Positions 54,383 through 64,000 of a stretch of 64,000 nt of DNA are shown here, piece after piece. The translations under genes were made by a program, and so were the position numbers. The stretch comes from a virus. The stretch is taken from positions 14,059 to 78,058 of the IMG/VR virus record IMGVR_UViG_3300044977_000034; one strand, 5' to 3'. Below the pieces are notes generated by a model that ran no database searches, was not told the origin of the DNA, and was given only the letters and a program-made list of their open reading frames with translations. Numbering within the stretch: the first letter of the stretch is position 1; each line of letters begins with the position of its first letter.

Positions 54383-55639
54383 TCAAAGCTCCGCGCTCGC
54401 AGTCCAACCGAATTGCGTTTCAATAACTCCTGCTAAAGCATACCCAGAATAAAAACCGGCAATTGCACCCGTAGGGACAACAGACCAAGTCGGAGATCCG
54501 GTAGCCCATGTAGAAATATAATACGAGACATTCCCGGCTACTCCATTATTATCATATATCAAAATTGTCGGAGCGGCGCGTTTCGTTACCTTAAACGGTA
54601 CTTCTGCCCTATAGATACCAGAAGAATTGTGACTTATGCCAAACATTTCTCCAGTATTAAGAGCCAATGGGCTTCCCACTGCCGAAGAGAAACTTTTCTC
54701 GAAATACCTCTGGCAATCAGCCATGCTCTTAGCCAACGACTGCCGATTGTACGGCGTTGCTACCGTGCCGATTTCCAACTTCACGCCGGTCACATAGAAG
54801 GTCGCGGCATTGGTGGCAGCAACCTGAACTGAGCCGGTCGCGCCAGCGTAAAACGCCGTCGCCCATACGTTAGCTGGACCGAGAGAATTAGTTCCTGAGC
54901 CTAGGTTGAAAAGCAGGCCCACAGAAGCACCGCTGCCGCTCATCGACCACGCCCCAGCGGTATCGCCGGGGATCGTGATAGTGATCTTCGTCCATGTGTT
55001 CGCGACAGGGATGGAGAACTGGAACGGGTAGCTGCGCGTTCCAGCTGGCACTAACACTATCGAGCCGCTGAATGTGCCAGTCTGGTTTGAATAGGCCCAA
55101 AATGACAAGGTCACCGGCTGCGCGTTGGGCGTTCCCCAGGCGAAATCGCTGACCATGTCAGCTTCGATGTATTGACGAACGAAGAAATTATCTGTCGCCG
55201 TCAGCACGTAAGTCGATGATGATTGAAATCCCCAGTAGTATGGAAATCCAGGCGGACTTGCAACGGCGTTTACGTTACGCCCCCATGTTCCTTTCGCTGG
55301 TTGTGTGGAGCTGTAGTACCATCTGTCTATTGTGTACGTACTCGTCCCACTACCGCTGGCCCCTGCGTTGCGCTGGTCTATACGCATGTCCCCATTGATG
55401 ATGCGGCTGTCGCCGATCATCGGATAGCGGTCGAACATCTGAAGCGTCACCGGCTCCAGCGGCGCGGTGGGGTCGGCTTCCAGAACAAGCGGCCCCAGCA
55501 TGGTGCCGCCCCGCAAGGGCAAATAAGCCACGTTCAACCCAGCCGCCGTCCACTTGACCCCATCCCAGGTCCAAGTGGCGCCAGACGCAGGGTCTGTGAA
55601 CTCCTCACCGACGGTCGGATTGGCGGGGAAGTCGATCAT
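54383..55639 (-). CDS. Tail-fibre/receptor-binding-like paralogue 3
   Basis: [40 protein letters not shown], ends TASAEL. Confidence 0.75.
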   Translation of the reverse strand: MIDFPANPTVGEEFTDPASGATWTWDGVKWTAAGLNVAYLPLRGGTMLGPLVLEADPTAPLEPVTLQMFDRYPMIGDSRIINGDMRIDQRNAGASGSGTSTYTIDRWYYSSTQPAKGTWGRNVNAVASPPGFPYYWGFQSSSTYVLTATDNFFVRQYIEADMVSDFAWGTPNAQPVTLSFWAYSNQTGTFSGSIVLVPAGTRSYPFQFSIPVANTWTKITITIPGDTAGAWSMSGSGASVGLLFNLGSGTNSLGPANVWATAFYAGATGSVQVAATNAATFYVTGVKLEIGTVATPYNRQSLAKSMADCQRYFEKSFSSAVGSPLALNTGEMFGISHNSSGIYRAEVPFKVTKRAAPTILIYDNNGVAGNVSYYISTWATGSPTWSVVPTGAIAGFYSGYALAGVIETQFGWTASAEL

Positions 55640-55665
55640 GGCTCAGACTTGCGTGTAGGTCATGA

Positions 55666-56736
55666 TCAAAGCTCCGCGCTCGCAGTAAAAGTTGCAATTG
55701 CAACAAACATCCCCGCAGCGACAACTACGGCATTAAGATGAACGTCTTGATTACTATCCGCGATAAATTGAAAGGTTGTGCAATTGGTAGCCGTTACTGG
55801 ATTAAATGTCATTGTTGGAGTAGCCCGCATGGCGACCTCTAACGAACGACTTTGCGTTACCGATCCGCTAGTAAGTCCGTAAGCGGCAAACAAGATTTCC
55901 CCAGTCTGGTAATACCTCTGGCAATCGGCCAAAGACTTCGCCAGCGACTGGCGGTTGTAGGGCGTCGCGATCGAGCCGATCTCCAGCTTGACGCCGGTCA
56001 CGTTGAAAGTCGCGCCGTTAGTCGCAACCACGTTGACTGCGCCGTTCGCGCCAATGCGAAGCCCCGCCCCCCAAACGCCAGCCGCAGCGCGATAATTCGC
56101 GCCAGAACCAAGATCAAATGTAAGAAGCAAAGATCCTGCGTTACCGCTCATCACCCATGTCCCGGCGCTGTCGCCGGGTATGGTGATGGCGATCTTCGTG
56201 AAGGTGCTCGCAGTCGGCAGGGAAAAAGTGAATGGATAAGTGCGCGTGCCTGCATAATTGGAAATCGCGCCGCTGAACGTGCCGGTCAGAGTAGAATAGG
56301 CCCAAAACGACAAGGTGACCGACTGCGCTTGCGATGTTCCCCACGCGAAGTCGCTGACCATGTCAGCTTCGATTGGCTGGGCGAAATAAAAAGTGTCGGA
56401 AGCTAGCGGCGTGTAGGCCGAAGAGGATTGGAAACTGAGGCTGTAGGGAAATTGCGGGAAGGCTGCGGAGTTGGGATTGCGCTGCCATGTTCCCTTGGAC
56501 ACTTGCGTTGCATTGTAGCTCCATCGATCAACCGTATAGGCGCTCGCCGTTCCGCTCGCCCCGTTGTTGCGTTGGTCTCGAAGCATGTCGCCGTTGATGA
56601 TGCGGTTGTCGTTGATCCCCGGCACGACGGTGGGGCTCAACCCGCTCGGCAACCACTTCACCCCGTCCCAAAACCAAGTCACGCCCGCAGCGGTGAATTG
56701 CTGGCCGACAGTGGGGCTGGCGGGGAAGTCAAGCAT
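55666..56736 (-). CDS. Tail-fibre/receptor-binding-like paralogue 2
   Basis: Same architecture; ends TASAEL. Confidence 0.75.
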   Translation of the reverse strand: MLDFPASPTVGQQFTAAGVTWFWDGVKWLPSGLSPTVVPGINDNRIINGDMLRDQRNNGASGTASAYTVDRWSYNATQVSKGTWQRNPNSAAFPQFPYSLSFQSSSAYTPLASDTFYFAQPIEADMVSDFAWGTSQAQSVTLSFWAYSTLTGTFSGAISNYAGTRTYPFTFSLPTASTFTKIAITIPGDSAGTWVMSGNAGSLLLTFDLGSGANYRAAAGVWGAGLRIGANGAVNVVATNGATFNVTGVKLEIGSIATPYNRQSLAKSLADCQRYYQTGEILFAAYGLTSGSVTQSRSLEVAMRATPTMTFNPVTATNCTTFQFIADSNQDVHLNAVVVAAGMFVAIATFTASAEL

Positions 56737-56763
56737 GCGTTCAAACTTGCATATAAGTCATGA

Positions 56764-57843
56764 TCATAGCTCCACATTTGCGTTAAAATACCTAACAAAC
56801 TGCGCAGTTCCAGCAGCAGCAGCTCCACTATAGGCACGACAGCCACTTACAGTAATATTATCGATGGTCATCGATGTTAAGTTAACATCACCCGCAATCA
56901 AGCCGGATGTAACCGTCGGGATTGCACGCATTGTAACAGGAAAGACCACAGACGTTGCTAAAAACTGACCAGCAGCAGTCGCAGATATAAGAGCGTTACC
57001 GTTCGTTTGAGAATAATACCTCTGGCAATCGGCCATGCTCTTGGCAAGCGACTGCCGATTGAACGGCGTCGCCACCGAGCCGATCTCCAACTTGACGCCG
57101 GTCACCCAGAGGCCCGCGCCGTTGACAGCGACGACGCTGACCGCGCCGTTCGCACCGTTATAGGCCCCCGACGCCCACGCCCCGGCAGGAGCGCGCATGG
57201 TCGCACCGGAGCCAAGATCGAAAATAACCCGCACGCCCATCGCGTTGCCGCTCAGCGTCCACGTTCCGGCGGTATCGCCGGGGATGGTGACAACGATCCG
57301 CGTCCAGACGTTCACGGTCGGGATCGAGAAGGTGAAGGGATAGGAGCGGGTAATATTGCTCAACGAACCGCTGAATGTTCCCGTCAAGCCGCCGGTTAAA
57401 GCCCAAAAGCTCAGTGTAACCGGCTGAGCGTTTGCGCCGCCCCATTGAAAGTCCGCAATTACATCGGCTTCGATGGGCTGAAAGAAGATGAAAGTGTCCG
57501 CCGCGAGTGGCGTGTAGGCCGAAGATGATTGAAACGACAAGGAATAGGGAAATCCAGGCGCGAGTGCGCCAGTTGGACCGCCGCGCTGCCACGTTCCTTT
57601 AGCCGCCTGGGTTGCCCCGTAAACCCACCGATCCACCGTATAGACGCTGACCGCCGTTCCGCTCGCGCCGTTGTTGCGCGCGTCGATCCGCATGTCGCCA
57701 TTGATGATGCGGTTGTCGCCGGTCGCCAGCGGCGGCATCACCAAGGTGCCGCTCGGCGCCCACTTGGTCCCGTCCCAGGTCCAGCTTTGCGCGCCGCTGA
57801 CGAACACCTGACCGACAGTGGGAGAGGCGGGGAAGTCGATCAT
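56764..57843 (-). CDS. Tail-fibre/receptor-binding-like paralogue 1
   Basis: Same architecture; ends NANVEL. Confidence 0.75.
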   Translation of the reverse strand: MIDFPASPTVGQVFVSGAQSWTWDGTKWAPSGTLVMPPLATGDNRIINGDMRIDARNNGASGTAVSVYTVDRWVYGATQAAKGTWQRGGPTGALAPGFPYSLSFQSSSAYTPLAADTFIFFQPIEADVIADFQWGGANAQPVTLSFWALTGGLTGTFSGSLSNITRSYPFTFSIPTVNVWTRIVVTIPGDTAGTWTLSGNAMGVRVIFDLGSGATMRAPAGAWASGAYNGANGAVSVVAVNGAGLWVTGVKLEIGSVATPFNRQSLAKSMADCQRYYSQTNGNALISATAAGQFLATSVVFPVTMRAIPTVTSGLIAGDVNLTSMTIDNITVSGCRAYSGAAAAGTAQFVRYFNANVEL

Positions 57844-60467
57844 CGCGCCGCCTCAAGCGCCTCGACGCGAGCGGCAAGCGTCTTGATCGCGTTGACGAGG
57901 GCGTAAATCAGTTCGCCATTATTGAGCGTCCGCAAGTCCGTGACCGCCTCGCCGTCAATCGTCCCGGCTCGTTGTTCGACCATTCCCGGCATGATCGTTT
58001 CGACCTCTTGCGCGACGAGCCCGACGAACGCCTTGTCGGTGGTTTGCTGAAGCCCGACGACTTCATCAGAGCCGAACCGTGCGTTGCCCTTGTAGCGGTA
58101 GACGATCGGGCGAAGCGCCAAAACCTCGTCCAGTCCGAGGGCATAGTCGCCCTCGACCGTCTTGATGCGAGCGTCCGAAATCGCTCCCCAAGGTCCGCCG
58201 CCGACGCATAGCGCCGCGCCTTGCGTCAATTCGAGAATGTTCCCCGAGGCGTTTGGCGTGATGAGACAATTTCCCGCCGCGCTGAAATTGATGTTTCCGC
58301 CGTTGGCGACGTTGCTAAGAGTGACGCCCCCCGCCGCGCTGGCGGTCCATTGCGACATGCCTACGGTAGCGGCATTGAGCAATTGCATGACCGGATTGGT
58401 CCCGCCGCTCGCGGTCGAGACGTTGAAAACGCCCGCATTGGCCGACAGCGTTCCTTGGCATGAGGTCGCGCCACTGACGACCAAGCTACCGCTGATTGTC
58501 CCGCCCGCGAGAGGCAGCATCTTGTCGGCGTACTCTTTAGTCGCCGCACCAAGCGGAACGGTCGGATCAGCGGCGAGCAACAACGGCCCGGTCAGAGTTC
58601 CGCCCGACAGCGACAAATATCCGCCGCCCAACTGGTTAGTGGTCGGCACCCACTGGCTCGAATTGCCGTCGTTGTACCAGCAATACAATTGCGCGCTGTT
58701 GGCGTCGAACCAGAGCGCGCCTGGGTTCGGATTGGTCGGTGGCGTCACGCCGACCGTGATCGAAGCCAAGCCGCCGGTGTTGACCGCGACCACCCACTGC
58801 GAGCTATTCGCGTCCGAGAACCAAAGGTACAATTGCCCGCCGACACTGTCCCACCACAGAGCCCCTACGGCGGGCGCTGAAGGGGGTGTATCGCTGACGG
58901 TGATCGAAGCCCCACCTCCGGCCCCCCCGCCCGCGTTGTTGACGACAATGACCCACTGGGACGAGGTCGCATCGACGAACCAGACGTACATCTGAGCGCC
59001 GACCGAATCGAACCAGAGCTGGCCCTCGACGGGGTTCGCGGGCGGCGTGTCGCTGATGGTGACCGGAGGCGCGCCGCCGCCAGTGGGCACCTCCCAGGTC
59101 AGCGTTCCCGCGCCGTCCGTAGTTAGCACATCGCCAGCCGCGCCGCCTGGGATGCTCGGCAGCGTCTCGAACGTGACGAGGCCGCTCGATCGGAGGATGT
59201 GCAGCGGCGTGTGGACAAGCGAACCGGCGTTGTTGATGGTGTTCAGGGCGAAGTTCGAGCCGTCGCTCACCCCGCCTTCCGCCGTCCCATCGCCGAGCAC
59301 CAGCTGCCAGCGATTGGCGGCGTTGGTCTGCGACAGAATGGCGCGCTGAGCGCCGACCGGACCGTTGAGCACCAGGGAGTTGCTGCCCTGAACAGTCAGG
59401 AACTGGACGCTGACCGGCGCCTGGGCGGTGAAAGTGGTCGGCCCGGTGACCGTGCCGCCGCTCAGCGGCAAGAGGCTGGTGTCGGTCGGGTGGACGTGAT
59501 CGGCGAGCGCAAAGGAGGTGGCATCGCTGCCGATGTTTGCCGCTCCATCCATCAGCGGCAGCGTGGTCGACGCCAGCGGAACGTCCGGCATCGGTGCCCA
59601 GGCGCCGTCCTCGCGACCATAGATGATGCCGTTGGACGGCGCGTCGTCCTGAATCGGCACCTGAACCCAGCCGCCGTCGTAGCGGCCATAGACGACGGAA
59701 TCGGTCGGAGCCTCGTCGACCGGCCCTGCCGGTCCGACCGGCCCTGCCGGACCCTCTATGCCAGCCGGACCTTCAGGACCGACCGGCCCCTGCGCGCCGG
59801 TCGGACCAGCGATCCCCTGCGGACCTTCCGGTCCCTCCGGCCCCACAGGACCGGGAATGCCTTGCGGCCCCTGGATGCCGGGTGGGCCTTCGATTCCCTG
59901 CGGTCCAACCGGACCTTGCGGGCCTTGAATGAGGCCAGCGTCGAGCCAGCCTGCGGGGTTTATGCTGGTCCCGACAAAGACCCAGACATGGCCGGTGCCG
60001 GTGTAGATCAGGCCATACCCTTGCTGCATCTGGACGGCGGCGGGCGGGTTGCCTGGGCCATCCCAACCGCCTGGGATCGACCCGGACGGCGGCAGATCGG
60101 CGGGCGTCTGCAACGCGCCGAACGATCCGACGAGCGTGCCGATCTCGCCCGGATCGCCTTGTATGCCCTGCGGACCTTCCGGTCCCTCCGGCCCTGTCGG
60201 ACCCGCCACTCCTGGCGGGCCTTGCACCCCCGGCAGTCCTGGCGGCCCTTGGGCGCCGTTCGCGCCGTCCTGTCCTGGCGGTCCCTGCGCGCCCCCTGGC
60301 CCCGCCGGACCGACGGGTCCCTGCGGCCCTGGCGGTCCCTGCGCGCCGCCAGAGTTGGGCCACCATGTGGTCTGGAGCGGGTTGGTCCCGGTGACCTGAA
60401 CGACGTCGCCGACATTCGGCGTCGAGGTCGGAACGAATTGCGACAGGTCGATCGATTGACTAGTCAT
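57840..60467 (-). CDS. Collagen-repeat tail fibre with C-terminal S74 chaperone domain
   Basis: Gly-X-Y runs, three G.LW.D..G.QLY.W repeats, SDARIK...GLVAQE...AIKTL. Confidence 0.85.
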   Translation of the reverse strand: MTSQSIDLSQFVPTSTPNVGDVVQVTGTNPLQTTWWPNSGGAQGPPGPQGPVGPAGPGGAQGPPGQDGANGAQGPPGLPGVQGPPGVAGPTGPEGPEGPQGIQGDPGEIGTLVGSFGALQTPADLPPSGSIPGGWDGPGNPPAAVQMQQGYGLIYTGTGHVWVFVGTSINPAGWLDAGLIQGPQGPVGPQGIEGPPGIQGPQGIPGPVGPEGPEGPQGIAGPTGAQGPVGPEGPAGIEGPAGPVGPAGPVDEAPTDSVVYGRYDGGWVQVPIQDDAPSNGIIYGREDGAWAPMPDVPLASTTLPLMDGAANIGSDATSFALADHVHPTDTSLLPLSGGTVTGPTTFTAQAPVSVQFLTVQGSNSLVLNGPVGAQRAILSQTNAANRWQLVLGDGTAEGGVSDGSNFALNTINNAGSLVHTPLHILRSSGLVTFETLPSIPGGAAGDVLTTDGAGTLTWEVPTGGGAPPVTISDTPPANPVEGQLWFDSVGAQMYVWFVDATSSQWVIVVNNAGGGAGGGASITVSDTPPSAPAVGALWWDSVGGQLYLWFSDANSSQWVVAVNTGGLASITVGVTPPTNPNPGALWFDANSAQLYCWYNDGNSSQWVPTTNQLGGGYLSLSGGTLTGPLLLAADPTVPLGAATKEYADKMLPLAGGTISGSLVVSGATSCQGTLSANAGVFNVSTASGGTNPVMQLLNAATVGMSQWTASAAGGVTLSNVANGGNINFSAAGNCLITPNASGNILELTQGAALCVGGGPWGAISDARIKTVEGDYALGLDEVLALRPIVYRYKGNARFGSDEVVGLQQTTDKAFVGLVAQEVETIMPGMVEQRAGTIDGEAVTDLRTLNNGELIYALVNAIKTLAARVEALEAAR

Positions 60468-60820
60468 GGCGGAGCCATCTCGTAGGCGTCGAGCCAGCCG
60501 GTCTGGACAAGGCTAACCTCGCCTTGCGGCGTGCGGTGCGAGTACACGCACCAAGCGTGACCGACCGGCGCGCCGCCGAGAAAGGTGAACTCGTGCTTGC
60601 AGTCCTTCTCGATCAGGACATGGAACGGGCCGTCGCGCTGGAAGTCGAAGCGGGTTTCGCCATCTGGAGCCCACTTCACGATGCGCCAGCGACCGCAGAA
60701 GAAGATGCTGGTGTGATCGAAGTTATGCTTGTGGCCGCCGACGACCTCTCCGGGCTTGAGGCCCATGCCGCCCTCGCCCATGGCGCGGATGTAGACGTTG
60801 CCGCTCACCCACTCGGTCAT
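60464..60820 (-). CDS. Cupin-fold protein
   Basis: GHKHNFDH...KHEF metal-binding pattern. Confidence 0.7.
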   Translation of the reverse strand: MTEWVSGNVYIRAMGEGGMGLKPGEVVGGHKHNFDHTSIFFCGRWRIVKWAPDGETRFDFQRDGPFHVLIEKDCKHEFTFLGGAPVGHAWCVYSHRTPQGEVSLVQTGWLDAYEMAPP

Positions 60821-63800
60821 AGGCCATGCGCGGCGAGCCGCGCCTCCAGCTGCTTGATCTTGGCCGTCAGAACCGCGACGACGCCAGCGAGGTCGAAGCT
60901 CTTGCCTTCCTCGGGGTGGGTCTGCACCAGATCGGGCGCGCCGCCCTCGATGTCTTGAGCGACAAAGCCCCAGTTCAACCGCTGCGGATCGGGGTGCGGG
61001 CCTTCGCTGACCTGTCCGGGTGCAGCCAAGGGGTTCGGCACGGAGGGCGGTTTCCAGCGGTAGCGCACCGGCTTCAATTGCTCGAACGCCGTCGCGACTT
61101 CGGCGTCATCGACCGGAGCAACGTCCATCTTTTTGTTCGCGTCAGAGGTCAGTAGCACCCCATTAGCGTAGACATTGCTTTGAACACGTAAATTTTCCCC
61201 TTCACAATACATCGTGCGACGCTCTGTAGCGCCGCCATATCCGACCCAGAACTCCAAAATCCCATAGTCAGCATAAGCGTAAAACTGGCCAGTTTGAACG
61301 CACCGAATACGGCCTAGCCGGTTGCTGCCGCCCCTGTTATTGGTGAATCGAATTTCCGGGCAAGCTGAATTGTTTCTATTTGCCTTATACAGTTCAATGC
61401 CTACAGTATTTTCTGCCCTATTGACGGTCAATTGGCCGGTCATCGTGTCGCCCGCCTTGGCGACCCGGCTATTGGCGTTGTTGGTGACCGTCGTTATTGC
61501 AGTATCGACATAGTCTTTCCGGGTGGCATGCGCAGCGGCAGTTGGCGCGGCAGGCAGCGCTAGATTGTTCTGATCGAACGTATAGCGCAGGACGCTCGCA
61601 AAATAGAGCCGGTACTGATTAGTCGCTGCGGCGTTGTTGAACCACATCGCGCTGGGCTCGATGCCAATCGCGATGTCATTGCCGTTGGTCGCCGGGTTGG
61701 CCTGCGGCCATAAAACTAGCTTGGTTCCGTTGCTGCGCAATGCCGCCGAAGGCGGATTGGTCGTCGTTGGGAATGTTATAAAATGGCTTGGGGTGATGTT
61801 GCCGACCTTATCAATACCGAATGCGATCGTCTCGACCCCGGCCGGATCAACATAGCCAAATGACAAATTGGTATTGCCAGCGTTCCGGAACACCTCGAAA
61901 TAACTATTATCGTCCGACGCGCCGAACCTTGCAGTAATTCTAGCCGTTCCAGTTGAGTTGTAGAGAGCCAATAGAGGCGATGCTGAAACAATGGTTAGAT
62001 TGCCGGTCATCGTGTCGCCAGCTTTTTGCACCTTTCTGTCTTCAAGCCCCTGCATTTGAGTTAGAATCGCTTCCAACTCAGTCTGCACATTATTCGTGCC
62101 GAAAACCGGCGGGATGACGCCGACGTTGGAAGCGATCAGATCGGGCGTGCTGACCTCGATATGCAGCCAGACCGCGCCGCTCGAAATCCACCAGTCGCCT
62201 TGCTGCGCCTGGACCTGGGTCTCTGGCGGCCCAACATTCGGCGTGCCGCTGACCACCACGATAACGTAATGGCCCGCAACCACGGTCGTAGCAGGCGGCA
62301 AGAGGCCGGGAGGAAGGCCGCTCTCAGGGGTGAATATGCACTGCCCAGTGGCGGCGTTGAACGCACCGATCAGTTGCTGAGCGTTGGTGACAAAGTTATC
62401 GACGTAGAGCTTAGTCGCCGCCTGCATCGGTAGCGTCGGCTCGCGATCGAGCAACACCGCGCCAGCCAAATTGATCGCTGCATTGCCAGCAACGCCGGGA
62501 GATGGATTTGAGATACTCAATGGCGTGTCGAGCTGCGCGCCCGTCTCACTGAATCGCAGCAGCGCGAAATTAGTATTGACAGTAGGCTCTACATACATCG
62601 CCCAGAATGTAGTCTGTAACGGATCGCCCTGCGCATAAAACCCCACTCCCGGCGCATACATCGCCCCGGTCAATGTGCCGCCGCCGATCGGCAGATAGCG
62701 CGCGTCAAAGTTGGCGTTGCGCAGCGTCCGCGACGTGACCGGATTGATGTTGTCCGTTCCGGCTGCGACTTGCGCGTCGGTGGCGACGGTGAGACTCAAT
62801 TCCACCGCGTTGGTGACCGCGAGCGCGCTGTCGGGGTCGAGGGCGATGGTCAGCAATTGACCAATGGCCCCGCTCCTCAACGCCCCTGGCGTCGACATGA
62901 TCGGGCTGCCCGGATCGGCATCGACGCTGATCTCGCCGTTGGCGGTTATGTTGAGCGCGCTGCCAGCCGGAACGCTGACGATCCCCAGCGTCGTTTCGGT
63001 GGCGGTGACCACACTCAAGGGCGTCACCGAGCCGTCGCCGGTCATCGTTTGATCGTGGGTGACGACCAGATGGAAGGTGGTTTCGCGCAGCTCGACGTCG
63101 ACCGATAGGACCGAGCGAAGCGTCGCGCCTTGGCTCAAGGAGACGGTCGAAGTCGGATAATCGATCGTGTAGTCGCCCGCATATTGGTCGCTGGTCGCGG
63201 TCAGCTTCACGCCGTTGAGCCAGACGGTGAGCTTCTCGCTGCCGTCGAGCGTGTAATCGTTGCCGTAGATATCGCCGACGGCCAGATCGAAATCGGTCTG
63301 GCCGAGCGTGGCCAGATAGAACAGCGACACGGCCTGAATCGCGACCGGCCCCATCGGACCTTCCGGGCCATCCGGGCCTTCGACGCCTTGCGGGCCTTGC
63401 GGCCCTGGCGGCCCCTGGACATTCCCCAGATTGATCCACCCAGCCGCGTTGGTGGCTGTGGTGACGAACAGCCAGACGTCATCGGTTTGGGTTTCGAGAA
63501 GCCCTTGACCGGGCTCCAACTGAAGGTCAGCAGGCGGGTTGCCAGGGCTGTCCCAGTCGGCGGGGAGGAAGCCGTCCGGCGGCAGCGTCGATGGGTCCTG
63601 AACGCTGAACGAGCCGACGAGGATCGCCGTCTGCCCCGGCGGCCCTTGAATGCCTTCCGCTCCCTCCGGTCCTTGTGGCCCCTGCGGCCCCACAGGGCCT
63701 TCAGGACCGATGGGACCGGGTCGCCCAGTGGTGCCCCTATCCCCTTGCTCGCCCTGCGGCCCTTGGACGCCTGGAGGCCCCTGTGGGCCGGGAGGACCGC

Positions 63801-63999
63801 CTGCGCCGCCCAGGTTCACCCAGGCGACTTGATTCCACGCCGTGCTGACAAAGCCCCAGATGTCCTGGGTCACGGTGTAGAGAAGCGCTTGGCCGGGATA
63901 GAACTGAATCTCTTGCAGAGGATTGTTCTGGCCGTCCCAATTGGCCGGGACATAGCCGTCGCTCGGCAGCTCGCTCGGGTCCCGGTTGGTGAACGAGCC
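60817..63999 (-). CDS. Collagen-repeat tail fibre with S74 domain (5' end beyond the window)
   Basis: Frame stays open to the right edge; Gly-X-Y runs, KAGDTMTG repeats, SDANKK...GFVAQD. Confidence 0.85.
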   Translation of the reverse strand, partial: GSFTNRDPSELPSDGYVPANWDGQNNPLQEIQFYPGQALLYTVTQDIWGFVSTAWNQVAWVNLGGAGGPPGPQGPPGVQGPQGEQGDRGTTGRPGPIGPEGPVGPQGPQGPEGAEGIQGPPGQTAILVGSFSVQDPSTLPPDGFLPADWDSPGNPPADLQLEPGQGLLETQTDDVWLFVTTATNAAGWINLGNVQGPPGPQGPQGVEGPDGPEGPMGPVAIQAVSLFYLATLGQTDFDLAVGDIYGNDYTLDGSEKLTVWLNGVKLTATSDQYAGDYTIDYPTSTVSLSQGATLRSVLSVDVELRETTFHLVVTHDQTMTGDGSVTPLSVVTATETTLGIVSVPAGSALNITANGEISVDADPGSPIMSTPGALRSGAIGQLLTIALDPDSALAVTNAVELSLTVATDAQVAAGTDNINPVTSRTLRNANFDARYLPIGGGTLTGAMYAPGVGFYAQGDPLQTTFWAMYVEPTVNTNFALLRFSETGAQLDTPLSISNPSPGVAGNAAINLAGAVLLDREPTLPMQAATKLYVDNFVTNAQQLIGAFNAATGQCIFTPESGLPPGLLPPATTVVAGHYVIVVVSGTPNVGPPETQVQAQQGDWWISSGAVWLHIEVSTPDLIASNVGVIPPVFGTNNVQTELEAILTQMQGLEDRKVQKAGDTMTGNLTIVSASPLLALYNSTGTARITARFGASDDNSYFEVFRNAGNTNLSFGYVDPAGVETIAFGIDKVGNITPSHFITFPTTTNPPSAALRSNGTKLVLWPQANPATNGNDIAIGIEPSAMWFNNAAATNQYRLYFASVLRYTFDQNNLALPAAPTAAAHATRKDYVDTAITTVTNNANSRVAKAGDTMTGQLTVNRAENTVGIELYKANRNNSACPEIRFTNNRGGSNRLGRIRCVQTGQFYAYADYGILEFWVGYGGATERRTMYCEGENLRVQSNVYANGVLLTSDANKKMDVAPVDDAEVATAFEQLKPVRYRWKPPSVPNPLAAPGQVSEGPHPDPQRLNWGFVAQDIEGGAPDLVQTHPEEGKSFDLAGVVAVLTAKIKQLEARLAAHGL

Positions 64000-64000
64000 G

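Noticed and set aside
54383-57843. Diversity-generating retroelement acting on the variable fibre tips
   Set aside because: No reverse transcriptase in the window and no template/variable repeat pair differing only at adenines; the tips differ throughout and in length

Overview
The whole window is a GC-rich tailed-phage genome with no host genes. Gene content (P22/T7-style tail adaptor and nozzle, large ejection proteins, GapR-like, DUF3309 and PEPxxWA-CTERM genes) points to a podovirus-like phage of an alphaproteobacterial host. Layout: portal running off the left edge and small genes (-); a + strand island (HEXXH protease, serine recombinase, DGQHR/DndB-like protein, radical SAM); tRNA-Phe; terminase (-); a mostly non-coding region with phased GGGAC repeats; an early region (+) with ArdC and an HNH-split SNF2 helicase; a replication block (-) with RepA-type helicase, primase, RuvC-like, GapR-like and Cro-like genes; recombination genes (+) YqaJ and RecT; then lysis, morons and virion/tail genes (-) running off the right edge. 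No capsid gene or tyrosine integrase is visible. The strongest unannotated signal is an RNA-level layer over the + strand genes. Three complete type II hammerhead ribozymes sit between stop codons and the next ribosome-binding site. About 15 genes share a start-associated GGAGUCGAA box, and a CCUA motif lies upstream of it, either in 5' hairpin loops or in hammerhead stem II. Other notable items are a TTGCA-N5-TGCAA operator regulon, AT-rich recoded patches beside homing endonucleases, triplicated fibre genes with 6-codon minigenes, and candidate sRNAs. Protein calls come from motif recognition by eye; no database searches were run.
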